A stretch of DNA of 24,526 nucleotides, taken from positions 1-24,526 of the IMG/VR virus record IMGVR_UViG_3300044820_000040. One strand, written 5' to 3'. The position numbers and the translations under genes are program-made. Positions 8,380 to 17,019 of the stretch are shown one piece after another (the first letter of the stretch is position 1; the number at the start of each line of letters is the position of its first letter). The DNA is from a virus. Lineage: Duplodnaviria; Caudoviricetes. Below the pieces are notes generated by a model. That model saw only the letters and a program-made list of their open reading frames with translations, did not search any database and had not been told where the DNA came from.

Positions 8380-10380
8380 ATGCCTTCGAGTTCAATTAAC
8401 ATCACCCTCCCAGCGACAGGCTCCACAGCGTCCTCGGCGCAAATGCGCTCGCAGTTTCAGGCTGCGGCGAACGATATTAACACAATCTATGGGCTGATTA
8501 ACGCTTATCCCGTCCTGTCCCAAAAACCGTCGAACGTTTATATTAGCTCGACGGGGCAAATGACGCGTAGCGCGTTTGGCATCCCGATCTCTATGACTAA
8601 AATATGGTCGATCACCGCGCACGACGACGTGTCTGAGTTCTACACCACACCTCTGTACTATCCTAATTTTGTTTCGACGGCCTACAGCGGCCCCGCGATT
8701 ATTTTTCAAGGGTGGGACTGGTACATTTACGCGGTGAACGCGGTAACTGGCGCTCTTTTAACGGGTTTCCCTGTTGCAACGTCTGGCCCTTGCTATGGAC
8801 GATGCCAAGCTTCCAACATTGACACAGGCGGTTACGCCGGAATGACCATGATCTATGCCGCCACACACGGCGGTATGACTGGCGCAGGGTTTACGGGGCA
8901 AATTATTGCACTGCACAGCGACGGCACGAGCGCATGGGCAAAAGAAAATGTCTATGTTAACGAAGGCGGAAATGACGGCCATGCCTCGGTTTCCCTTGGA
9001 ACAGTTACAACCCTATCGGCTGCGATTACGACGGTGGGACAGACCGCGATCTCGGTAACTTCTGGTGCTAACATCGCCAATGGCAACCAGATTATGATTG
9101 GCATTGAAGTGTTGCTTGTGACAGCGGGCGGAGGAACGACTGCCTTGACTGTCCAGCGCGGTTACAACGGGACGACTGCGGCCACGCACATCATTGGGAC
9201 GACGGTCAATACAGGGTTTCCAACTGTCGGCGGAACCTTGACTACCGGGCTTTCGGTTACTTCCGCTACGAACTCCAGCGTGTCGATTACCCCGAACCCA
9301 TCTTGGGCGACGACGGCATGGACCCGTGTCGAAGGGCTTGGTTTTGGCGCGCTGGCGATGATTGTGTCCGGGACAGGTTCGGGGCAGCAGCGAGAGATCA
9401 CAGGGGTCACGGGCGGCGGAACCCTGACCATCAGCGGCACATGGGCGGTTAACCCCGATAACACATCAAAAGTTCAAATTCTTCCGCGCTATCAATCGGA
9501 CCTGTATTATCAGCATGCCGGAACCCTGAGCGTCGAAGGCGGAACAACTTATCTTTATTCGGCAAGTTTTGACTGTACGTTGGTCAAGCGCAACGCGGTT
9601 ACGGGCGCGACGGTATGGCGTTATTGGACAGGTGAGAACATCGAGCCGTTCCCGCTCGTGGCCCCGGTTACGGACACGGTCACAACTTCGATCTTGGTCA
9701 ACTCCATCGACGGGTACACGCACTGCGTCAATACCTCTGGAGCTTTGGTGTGGAAAACACAGGGGACCGCGAACATCGGTCTGGACAGCTACATCTCGGC
9801 CGCGAATGTTCAGAACAACGCGAATTTCCTCAACGTGGTTATTAACCAGCGTAGGAGCGGAAGCGCACAGGCGGGCCGTTGCTTTATGCTTCGCGGGGAC
9901 ACAGGCGCGAAGGTAGCTGTTTCTCAAGATCAACTTGGGGACAATTCTTCGCAGCCTCTCCTTGTCCCGCGCAATGACGGGTCTAATAAATACTGGATTT
10001 TCTCGGTAGGCAACGCATGTATCGCTTCGCTTTATGATGATGCGTTTAATGCTCTTTGGTCCCATCGCTATTCTGACGCTTCGGGCCTCGATCAGTTTCG
10101 GTCCTCGCCTTTCCTCGCGGATGTGAATTACGACGGTGTGAATGAAATTGTGGGCTGCATGCAGAACACCGGGACCATTGTAGTTTGGTCCTTAGGCGGA
10201 ACTGAGCTTGCCCAAATCAGGATACCGGGGCGCATCAAGGGGGACGGGATTACTTTCTCCCCCGATGGCGGCATTGAAGGGACCCCTTGCACGTTCACCA
10301 GTAACGGCTTGCTCTATGCGATTATTCCTTCAAAAGATGGGTCTATCGCTTGCTGGCAGTTCAACCAAAACGCAGGGTAA
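8380..10380 (+). CDS. Tail-associated protein / candidate receptor-binding protein with PQQ/FG-GAP-like beta-propeller
   Basis: 666 aa, Thr/Gly-rich. Blade repeats 'DWYIYAVNAVTGA', 'DCTLVKRNAVTGATVWRY', 'DGYTHCVNTSGALVWK', 'SPFLADVNYDGVNEIV', 'DGSIACW'. N-terminal fibre-type anchor; RBS AGGAG. Confidence 0.7.
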   Translation: MPSSSINITLPATGSTASSAQMRSQFQAAANDINTIYGLINAYPVLSQKPSNVYISSTGQMTRSAFGIPISMTKIWSITAHDDVSEFYTTPLYYPNFVSTAYSGPAIIFQGWDWYIYAVNAVTGALLTGFPVATSGPCYGRCQASNIDTGGYAGMTMIYAATHGGMTGAGFTGQIIALHSDGTSAWAKENVYVNEGGNDGHASVSLGTVTTLSAAITTVGQTAISVTSGANIANGNQIMIGIEVLLVTAGGGTTALTVQRGYNGTTAATHIIGTTVNTGFPTVGGTLTTGLSVTSATNSSVSITPNPSWATTAWTRVEGLGFGALAMIVSGTGSGQQREITGVTGGGTLTISGTWAVNPDNTSKVQILPRYQSDLYYQHAGTLSVEGGTTYLYSASFDCTLVKRNAVTGATVWRYWTGENIEPFPLVAPVTDTVTTSILVNSIDGYTHCVNTSGALVWKTQGTANIGLDSYISAANVQNNANFLNVVINQRRSGSAQAGRCFMLRGDTGAKVAVSQDQLGDNSSQPLLVPRNDGSNKYWIFSVGNACIASLYDDAFNALWSHRYSDASGLDQFRSSPFLADVNYDGVNEIVGCMQNTGTIVVWSLGGTELAQIRIPGRIKGDGITFSPDGGIEGTPCTFTSNGLLYAIIPSKDGSIACWQFNQNAG

Positions 10381-10383
10381 AAA

Positions 10384-11181
10384 ATGGCTACTATTGTCCC
10401 ATCGCTTCCGAATAATCTCACTAACGGAACCACAGCCGACGCCACTCAGGTTATGGCGAATTTCAACGCTGTCGTTGCAGCGGTTAATTCCAATGCGGCG
10501 AACTCCGGGGTTAACACCAACATCAACCAGATTGTGGGGTTAACCTCTCCCTTGTCCGTAAATCAAGGCGGGGTAGGGCTTACTTCAATTCCGGCCAACA
10601 GTGTTATGATTGGTGAAGGAACTTCCAATATCAACGTTGCCGCCCCCGGCGCCGCTGGTCAGGTCCTTGCCAGCAATGGCCCCACGAGCGATCCAAGCTT
10701 TCAGGGTGGGTTTGTTCCATCTGGCGTAGGTGTGTGGTGGCCCACGTCCACCCCTCCCGCGAATTGGGTTGAGGCAGCAGGGCAATCTACCTCAGGGATG
10801 TCCACGGCGATCATTGCTTTATATGGATCAAATCTCCCTGATATGCGCGGTGTGTTCCCTCGCGGTTGGGATCATGGTCGTGGACTTGATCCCAACGCCC
10901 CTTCGCTTCTGTCCTATCATGGGGATCAGTTCGCTTCGCACACCCATACGGACGCGGGCCATTTGCACAATATGTACCACCAGCAAGTTCGCGCTGGAAA
11001 CACAGGTAACTATTGGGAAGCTCTTATGAACGGCCTTAACGCTTCGTCGGGCGGGTCGGGGACTAACCCATCAGCCGTTGATACAGGCGGTATCCAGACA
11101 GGCAACGCAAACATTCAGGCCACTGGTGGCTCCGAAACCGCGCCTAAGTACATGCCGTGGATGTTTATTATCAAAACTTGA
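10384..11181 (+). CDS. Tail fibre protein with phage tail-collar domain
   Basis: 265 aa. Collar motifs 'VPSGVGVWWPTSTPPANWVEAAGQ' and 'NLPDMRGVFPRGWDHGRGLD', HxH motifs 'SHTHTDAGHLH', and C-terminal 'ETAPKYMPWMFIIKT'. Confidence 0.88.
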   Translation: MATIVPSLPNNLTNGTTADATQVMANFNAVVAAVNSNAANSGVNTNINQIVGLTSPLSVNQGGVGLTSIPANSVMIGEGTSNINVAAPGAAGQVLASNGPTSDPSFQGGFVPSGVGVWWPTSTPPANWVEAAGQSTSGMSTAIIALYGSNLPDMRGVFPRGWDHGRGLDPNAPSLLSYHGDQFASHTHTDAGHLHNMYHQQVRAGNTGNYWEALMNGLNASSGGSGTNPSAVDTGGIQTGNANIQATGGSETAPKYMPWMFIIKT

Positions 11182-11191
11182 GGAGTGTGTG

Positions 11192-11449
11192 ATGTTGGAG
11201 TATAACGGTCCCGAACGACGATCCGATTGTTGCACAGAAATGACCGGGAGGGTTGCTACCTTGGAGGCTAACCAAAACCACCTTGCGAGTTCTCTCGAAG
11301 AGGTTGTTAAGGACCTGAAAAGCATCGTGATCGACCTTGCTACAAGGAAAGGCGCGGAGAAGCTCGCGCTCGCCGGATTCGGAAGCCTTATGATGTTCCT
11401 TGGGTGGGCGGTTGAACACATGTCCCATGTATCAGCGGTTTTGAAATGA
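11192..11449 (+). CDS. Small coiled-coil + single-TM membrane protein, holin candidate
   Basis: RBS AGGAG 11181-11185 precedes ATG 11192 (85 aa; the track's 11078 start lies inside the fibre gene). Hydrophobic stretch 'LALAGFGSLMMFLGWAV'; ATGA overlap with the endolysin. Confidence 0.6.
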   Translation: MLEYNGPERRSDCCTEMTGRVATLEANQNHLASSLEEVVKDLKSIVIDLATRKGAEKLALAGFGSLMMFLGWAVEHMSHVSAVLK

Positions 11450-11871
11450 GCGTGGATTTTGACAAACTCAAAGCGCAGATTTCTGTTGAGGAAGGCCGAA
11501 AGGGAAAGGTTTATCCAGACCCGCGTGGCGTTCCTACTATCGGCATTGGCCGCAACCTGCGTGATGTGGGGCTTTCAGACGACGAAATTGATTACCTGTT
11601 TAAAAACGACATTTTGCGGGTGACGAATGACATTGCTAAAAATATTCCTTGGGTATTTGGCTTGGACGATGTTCGCCAGCGTGTCTTTTTTGATCTGGTA
11701 TTTAATATGGGAATTACGAAATTACTTACGTTCCAGCACACTTTGGCTTTGGCTAAGGCGGGGGACTTTGCAGGAGCCGCAGACGAGCTTCACCACTCGC
11801 TATGGGACAGCCAAGTTGGTAATCGTGCGCCCAAGCTCGAAGCCATGCTCAAAACAGGAGTTGACCAATGA
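11446..11871 (+). CDS. Endolysin, GH24/T4-lysozyme-like muramidase
   Basis: 141 aa. Catalytic triad spacing E-x8-D-x5-T in 'EEGRKGKVYPDPRGVPTIGIGRNL', plus 'DLVFNMG' and 'SLWDSQVGNRA'. Confidence 0.92.
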   Translation: MSVDFDKLKAQISVEEGRKGKVYPDPRGVPTIGIGRNLRDVGLSDDEIDYLFKNDILRVTNDIAKNIPWVFGLDDVRQRVFFDLVFNMGITKLLTFQHTLALAKAGDFAGAADELHHSLWDSQVGNRAPKLEAMLKTGVDQ

Positions 11872-11939
11872 AATTATGCTTCATTTGCGAGGGGGCGGAT
11901 TGGCCTGAGGCCCTTTTTCCGTTTTTGCGATGGCTTTAA
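11868..11939 (+). CDS. Putative 23-aa micro-ORF (MKLCFICEGADWPEALFPFLRWL)
   Basis: AGGAG 11856-11860, 7 nt before ATG 11868. ATGA overlap with the endolysin stop; TAA 11937-11939 lies just past the GNAT start (11930). Confidence 0.45.
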   Translation: MKLCFICEGADWPEALFPFLRWL

Positions 11940-12379
11940 CCTACCAAAAGGAAAAGTTCGCGGACATCATGCCCGAACTGCCGGAGCTTTTTTACGAAAA
12001 CTGGAGCGAAAATGAAGATACTGAACTCCCTCTGGACATTGATTGGCTTAGGCTTCTTCAAACTGAAGCTATGGGTATCCTCCACATTCTCACGGCTCGG
12101 GACGAAAATAAAAAACTGGTTGGGTACTTTTTTACCTACGTCCAAACCACCACAAAGTTTGCCTCCACCAAGCTCGCAGCCTCCGACGCCATCTTTGTAA
12201 AGCCCGGTCCTTACCGGGGAATTGCGATCCGCCGCCTTTTTGAAGAGGCAAAGAAAATGGCGCGTGACCTTGGCGCAAAAAAGCTTTATATTGTGGTGAA
12301 GGCAGGGTCGCCCGTGGCTAAACTCTTGTCCTTAATGAAAATGGATTTGGACGAGGAAACCTTCTCATGTCGGCTGTAA
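11930..12379 (+). CDS. GNAT-fold acetyltransferase-like protein
   Basis: 149 aa with motif-A-like 'AIFVKPGPYRGIAIRRLFEEAKKMARDLGAKKLYI'. Sits just before the ejection genes, the slot of P22 gp14/T7 gp13. Confidence 0.8.
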   Translation: MALTYQKEKFADIMPELPELFYENWSENEDTELPLDIDWLRLLQTEAMGILHILTARDENKKLVGYFFTYVQTTTKFASTKLAASDAIFVKPGPYRGIAIRRLFEEAKKMARDLGAKKLYIVVKAGSPVAKLLSLMKMDLDEETFSCRL

Positions 12380-13257
12380 CTGATCTTATTGGCAACGCCA
12401 CATCGTCCAGCTACGCGGCGCCGACGCAGTACAACACTTGGCAACCGGGCAATAACAACCTTGACACCCAGAACAATTCGTTCAATTCGGCGGTCAGCAA
12501 TAACCTGTCCCAAGGACAAGCCGCTACCCCCGGCTGGCAGTCTTATCTGTCGCAGCTTACCTCAAACCCCTACCAGACAGGCGCCCAGACCTCCGCGAAC
12601 AACGCGGGTACGGCTTATACGAACGTGGGCAACGCCGCCGTGGGCAGTTCCGCGAATATGACCAACGCTGGGAACCAGATTTATCAATCTGGCCTTGACC
12701 CGCAACAGGCTCTTTATAATCAGCAATACCAGCTTAATCAGGACCAAACGAACGCTAACCAAGCGCAGCGCGGGATCACAAATTCCGGGTATGGCGCCGA
12801 TCTTGCGAACCAATCCAGCCAAGAGTTTAACACCGCATGGCAAGCTAACCAGCTTCAACGCCAGATCGCGGGCGCACAGGGCGCGTCGAGCGCCTACAAT
12901 AGCGCGGGACAGCTTGGAACTTCCGGGGCTGCTTCGGTTGCCCAAGGCGGGGCGCAGCCTTTGTCCACTTACAATTCGGGCGTATCCAACCTCGGTCAGG
13001 GCCTCGGCACTTATGGATCGGGTACAAACCAACAAAGCCAGACCGCGCTTTCGGACATTATGTCGTACCTTGGCCTTGGTGCGAACCAGTCCAACCAGCA
13101 AGGGCAGTTCAACAACCAGTACTGGAACAACCAGAACGCGTACACGTCTGTCGAAAACGCGCAGAACGCGGCAATGTGGGGCGACATTGGAAACATTTTC
13201 ACTAATCCTATGGACCTTAAGAGCGCGAGCTTTATGGGCATGGGCGTTAGCAAATAG
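12367..13257 (+). CDS. Probable internal virion / DNA ejection protein 1 (Gln/Asn-rich)
   Basis: 296 aa dominated by Q, N, S, G, A. First of three genes after the GNAT; GAGGA upstream. Confidence 0.7.
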   Translation: MSAVTDLIGNATSSSYAAPTQYNTWQPGNNNLDTQNNSFNSAVSNNLSQGQAATPGWQSYLSQLTSNPYQTGAQTSANNAGTAYTNVGNAAVGSSANMTNAGNQIYQSGLDPQQALYNQQYQLNQDQTNANQAQRGITNSGYGADLANQSSQEFNTAWQANQLQRQIAGAQGASSAYNSAGQLGTSGAASVAQGGAQPLSTYNSGVSNLGQGLGTYGSGTNQQSQTALSDIMSYLGLGANQSNQQGQFNNQYWNNQNAYTSVENAQNAAMWGDIGNIFTNPMDLKSASFMGMGVSK

Positions 13258-13265
13258 AGGGTAAG

Positions 13266-14894
13266 ATGGCTGGAACTGATCTTGGTCTTGAAGGTTTTGG
13301 CTACGGCGCGAACGCTGGCAATCCTATGGGGTTCTGGCGGCAGGGCGATAATGCCAACAAGCAAGGGCAGTTGACCAATCAGCAGCTTCAAAACGCTATC
13401 CAAGAACAGCAGTATGATTTTAATGCCCAGAAGAAAGCCGACGATGCTCTCCCTTCGATCCTGATGGGTTTGGGACAGGGTGGCACGATGCCTATGCCCT
13501 CTGGCGGGCAACAGCCTCCAATGCCCGGGCAACCGAGCATGCCCCAACAGCCAACAGGTCCTCAGGGTGCGCCCCAAGGTGGTCCTCCGCCCCAGCAACC
13601 CCCGCAGATGCCTCCTCAGATGGCTATGCCTTCATCTGGTGTGTCGCGCATGCCCTCCACGGCAATGCCCTCCACGGCAATGCCCTCCACGCCGCCTCCT
13701 ATGCCTCAGGGAGCGGGTCCCAACATTCAACCTATGGACCAGCAGCAAGCTCCGCAAGGTAGTTCGATGCCGCAAGTACCGGGGGCAACACCCGGGTATG
13801 ACCTACCGTCCGTTATTCAGGCGATTAAGCAAAATTACCCGAACATCGACGGCGCCGCGCTTCGGAAAATGCTCACGACTATTAACCCGTTGATCCTGAC
13901 CCCTCAGGCGCGCGCGCAGCTTCAGGCCATGAAGATGCAAATGGAATACGCCAAACTTCCGGTTCAGCAAGAGAACGCGGACAGCCGTCGCGCTATGGCC
14001 CAGACAGGAGCGTTCAATGCCGGAAGCACCTACGCCAATCGGTTCGGTAATTTCCCGCAAGGCATGCCGGGTTCCCCCGGTCAAGTCGGTGGTCAAGGTG
14101 GACAAATGGGTCCCGGCGCCGCGCAGCTTCCTACGGCGGGTATGCCGCAGGTTCGTGCGAGTGATCTCAATAATTCTGGCATAGCCCCGACAGCCGTGGT
14201 CAAAGGCCAAAACGCTATGGCCGCGCAGGACGCTAAAACAGTGTCCCAATACGATCAGATGCGGCCCTCCGAAGAGCAGACGATGGACGCCCTTGGACAT
14301 CTGCAAACGATGGCCTCCAGTCCTGATTTTAGCCCCGGCGCTGGCGGCACATGGTCTGTTGCTGGTGCGAACTGGCTTGCGACGATCACGGGGGACCAGA
14401 ACCTAGCTAAAATGGCGGCGGCGGGCCAGATCGACCAGAAAGCTATTGCGGACGTTATTACCAACAAAATTGCCTCCAGTGGTTCCGGCCGCGTGGTCAC
14501 GGACAAACTCAAGAATTTTATCGAGCAGACCAAGCCGTCCATCGACCTGCAACCCGGCGCGTTTAAATCCGTCATTGCGGCGAACCTTGCCCAGATGCAG
14601 CGGCAGATGCTCTATGAAGATTTTTACTCGTCCGAAGTCCAGAAGAACGGACTTTTCAGCCCTCAGTCGCGGACAGCTTTCGAGAAGGCCCAGAAACAGT
14701 ATCCGCTGTTTATGACTGCGCCCGATGGCACAGTGGCGTTCAAACCTGAAAACGGACAGAAGTTTCAAGCTGCTCTCGAAAAAGCCCACGGTGGCGAGTT
14801 CTCGGCTGTTGGTGTTATGCCAGAGCAGGATGATATGAACCGCCCGTTGACACCCGAAGAGCTACAGGAATACAAGAAGCTGGGAGGGAAGTAA
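13266..14894 (+). CDS. Probable internal virion / DNA ejection protein 2
   Basis: 542 aa, Pro/Gln/Met low-complexity N-half and helical C-half. RBS AGAGGG; second gene of the ejection-protein slot. Confidence 0.65.
   Translation: MAGTDLGLEGFGYGANAGNPMGFWRQGDNANKQGQLTNQQLQNAIQEQQYDFNAQKKADDALPSILMGLGQGGTMPMPSGGQQPPMPGQPSMPQQPTGPQGAPQGGPPPQQPPQMPPQMAMPSSGVSRMPSTAMPSTAMPSTPPPMPQGAGPNIQPMDQQQAPQGSSMPQVPGATPGYDLPSVIQAIKQNYPNIDGAALRKMLTTINPLILTPQARAQLQAMKMQMEYAKLPVQQENADSRRAMAQTGAFNAGSTYANRFGNFPQGMPGSPGQVGGQGGQMGPGAAQLPTAGMPQVRASDLNNSGIAPTAVVKGQNAMAAQDAKTVSQYDQMRPSEEQTMDALGHLQTMASSPDFSPGAGGTWSVAGANWLATITGDQNLAKMAAAGQIDQKAIADVITNKIASSGSGRVVTDKLKNFIEQTKPSIDLQPGAFKSVIAANLAQMQRQMLYEDFYSSEVQKNGLFSPQSRTAFEKAQKQYPLFMTAPDGTVAFKPENGQKFQAALEKAHGGEFSAVGVMPEQDDMNRPLTPEELQEYKKLGGK
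13650..13691 (+). repeat. In-frame 15-bp tandem repeat (ATGCCCTCCACGGCA x2 + 12 bp)
   Basis: Exact copies at 13650-13664 and 13665-13679, partial copy at 13680-13691. Encodes MPSTA-MPSTA-MPST. Confidence 0.9.
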
Positions 14895-14895
14895 A

Positions 14896-17019
14896 ATGCC
14901 CACTCTGGCCGACCTCCAACGGCTCCGGGACCAGCAAAGTCAGCCGGACCCGGGCATTAAAATCGACGCGCCTCCGCCGCCTGAGAAGGCTATGAGCGGA
15001 CCGACGCTGTCCGACCTGCAAGCTCTGCGCGATAAAAACAAGCCAAAGGCTGCGCCGACACCGCCCGCCGATAAAGGCCCCGGAATTGGTAAGAAGGCCG
15101 CTGGCGTCCTCGCCGCGCCCGGATTTGCCCTCATGCAGACCGCTGGAGAGATCGGGGAGCATCCTATCAAGGGAACCGCCAATATCGTCAAGGACGCCGC
15201 TGTGGGCGGATGGCAGGGGGCAAAGCAAGGCTGGGAGGACCTCAAAAAGGCGGGCCACGCCGGGGCCAAAGCTGTAAGCCCAGACCTGTCCGCGCTTCAC
15301 CGGGCAAAACTTGCCGGGTATGGCCTTTTCAAAGGCGCTCAGGCTGTTGCCGATGTGCCGATGGGCGTATTGGAAAACACTTATGGCAAACGGGCCTCCG
15401 AAGGCTCCGCGATGGTCAACGATGGGAAGCCCCTGATTTCCCCGTCCTCGGCTTCGATCCTCCCATCCATGATGGTTGGTGGGAAAAAGAAAATTGCCGA
15501 AGAAGCCAAGACTTTCGCCGGGGCCGCGCAGCGGTTTGGTATGGATTTTTCCAAAGCAAAAGAGCCTTCGGACATTGCTGTCGAGGTTGGACGCGCCACG
15601 AAAGAAAACGTACAGAAGCTTGCTAACCTCATTTGGGACAGGTCCCCCAAGACGGCGGATATTAACAAACCCGGGGAAGTGGCTTCGAACGCGATCAAAA
15701 ATTTCCAATCGCGTAAAGGCGAAGAGAGCGCCCTGTGGTCACAGTCCGAAAACATGGGGAATAAAATCCCCGTGGATGTTAAACCCCACGTTGAGCAGTT
15801 ACAGGACCTTCGCAAAGCCGTCGCCGCGCGGATCGCCTCGGGAGAGGACACGCCCGACGTTAAAAAGGCTCAGGCCCTCATTGACCGCGTTCTTGGGGAG
15901 CTTGGCTCGCCCACGCAGCCGGAACAACAAATCATCGAGAAAACCAAGGAAGTCGGCGGGATCACAAAGACCACTCAGAGGGAGCGGCAGTTCCCGCAGG
16001 ACGCAGGACAGACCACCGTCAAAGAGGTCGAGCCAACGACCCAAATGGGCGGAAAAAAGTTCTCGGAAACCAGCCAGACCCCCGTGGAGACAAACACCAA
16101 CGTCAATGATAAGACCCGGACAACTACGCAAAGCCCGTACACGGTTACACAGCGGACAGTCAAAGGCGAGGCTCCAAAACCCGCGCGCGCAGCTACCGCA
16201 GGAGATATTGTCCGCGCGCGGCGCGCAGCGAACGACGGGCTTTACCATACCGCCGACAGGGGCGTGACCGGGGAGGTAAAAGATGTCCTCAATGGCGCTC
16301 TCTCCGATGTGGGTAAAAAAGAAAAGTCTTTTGCCAATGTCCACCAGAAGGCGCTCCAGAAAACCCAATCCAACGCGGATATTTACCGCGACGACGCGAA
16401 GGCGGCGAAGTTCGGCTTTGACGAGGAAACGCTTAACGCGCTCGGCGCGAAGATGCGGCAGGGCCGGGAAATCCCCACGGCTGTCCTTGAGAAAATCAAC
16501 GCGGGCGTGGACCAGATCAAAACTCCCGAGGACCTGCTATTTTTGAAGCGCACCCTCGACAAGCAGCAGTTTTCTATGGCGATGCGGGCGAAAGCCGCCG
16601 CCATTCTGGACGAAGCGGGTACGGACATTAAAAAAGTTGTGGGCGAGCGCCCCATGCTGGAAAAGATTTATGAACTCTCGGGGTTCCCGAAGGAGAAATA
16701 CACTCAACAGCTTGACGACCTGCAAGCCGTGGCCCGCGAGATGGACCATTACAATATTCCGTCCATGCCTCAGGTTGGCCCGGGCGTCGAGAAAGCCAAA
16801 TCCCGCATGCAGAGCCTCGTCAAGGCGCTCACTCTGGGCATGGCCTATTCGAACCCCAAACAGATGTTCTACCACCTCGGTCAGGCCGTGGCGCCCGCCG
16901 ACACTAACGCTGAACTGGCTCTTAAAGCCCTGAAAGGCCGCGCGAACCCGAAAGCTCCTACCAACATCCCCGGCGCCGCCATCGGTGGCGTCCTCAGCGG
17001 AACGGACAAACAGCAATGA
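14896..17019 (+). CDS. Probable internal virion / DNA ejection protein 3
   Basis: 707 aa, Ala/Lys/Gly-rich, predominantly helical-looking. RBS GGAGG; largest and last gene of the trio. Confidence 0.6.
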   Translation: MPTLADLQRLRDQQSQPDPGIKIDAPPPPEKAMSGPTLSDLQALRDKNKPKAAPTPPADKGPGIGKKAAGVLAAPGFALMQTAGEIGEHPIKGTANIVKDAAVGGWQGAKQGWEDLKKAGHAGAKAVSPDLSALHRAKLAGYGLFKGAQAVADVPMGVLENTYGKRASEGSAMVNDGKPLISPSSASILPSMMVGGKKKIAEEAKTFAGAAQRFGMDFSKAKEPSDIAVEVGRATKENVQKLANLIWDRSPKTADINKPGEVASNAIKNFQSRKGEESALWSQSENMGNKIPVDVKPHVEQLQDLRKAVAARIASGEDTPDVKKAQALIDRVLGELGSPTQPEQQIIEKTKEVGGITKTTQRERQFPQDAGQTTVKEVEPTTQMGGKKFSETSQTPVETNTNVNDKTRTTTQSPYTVTQRTVKGEAPKPARAATAGDIVRARRAANDGLYHTADRGVTGEVKDVLNGALSDVGKKEKSFANVHQKALQKTQSNADIYRDDAKAAKFGFDEETLNALGAKMRQGREIPTAVLEKINAGVDQIKTPEDLLFLKRTLDKQQFSMAMRAKAAAILDEAGTDIKKVVGERPMLEKIYELSGFPKEKYTQQLDDLQAVAREMDHYNIPSMPQVGPGVEKAKSRMQSLVKALTLGMAYSNPKQMFYHLGQAVAPADTNAELALKALKGRANPKAPTNIPGAAIGGVLSGTDKQQ

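Noticed and set aside
8380-11181. Diversity-generating retroelement or invertible tail-fibre switch
   Set aside because: No reverse transcriptase, invertase, or template/variable repeat pair seen in the window. Similarities among fibre genes are short and at protein level only.
11078-11191. Longer 123-aa version of the holin-like ORF
   Set aside because: It overlaps the fibre gene by 104 nt. A strong AGGAG just before ATG 11192 marks the likelier start.
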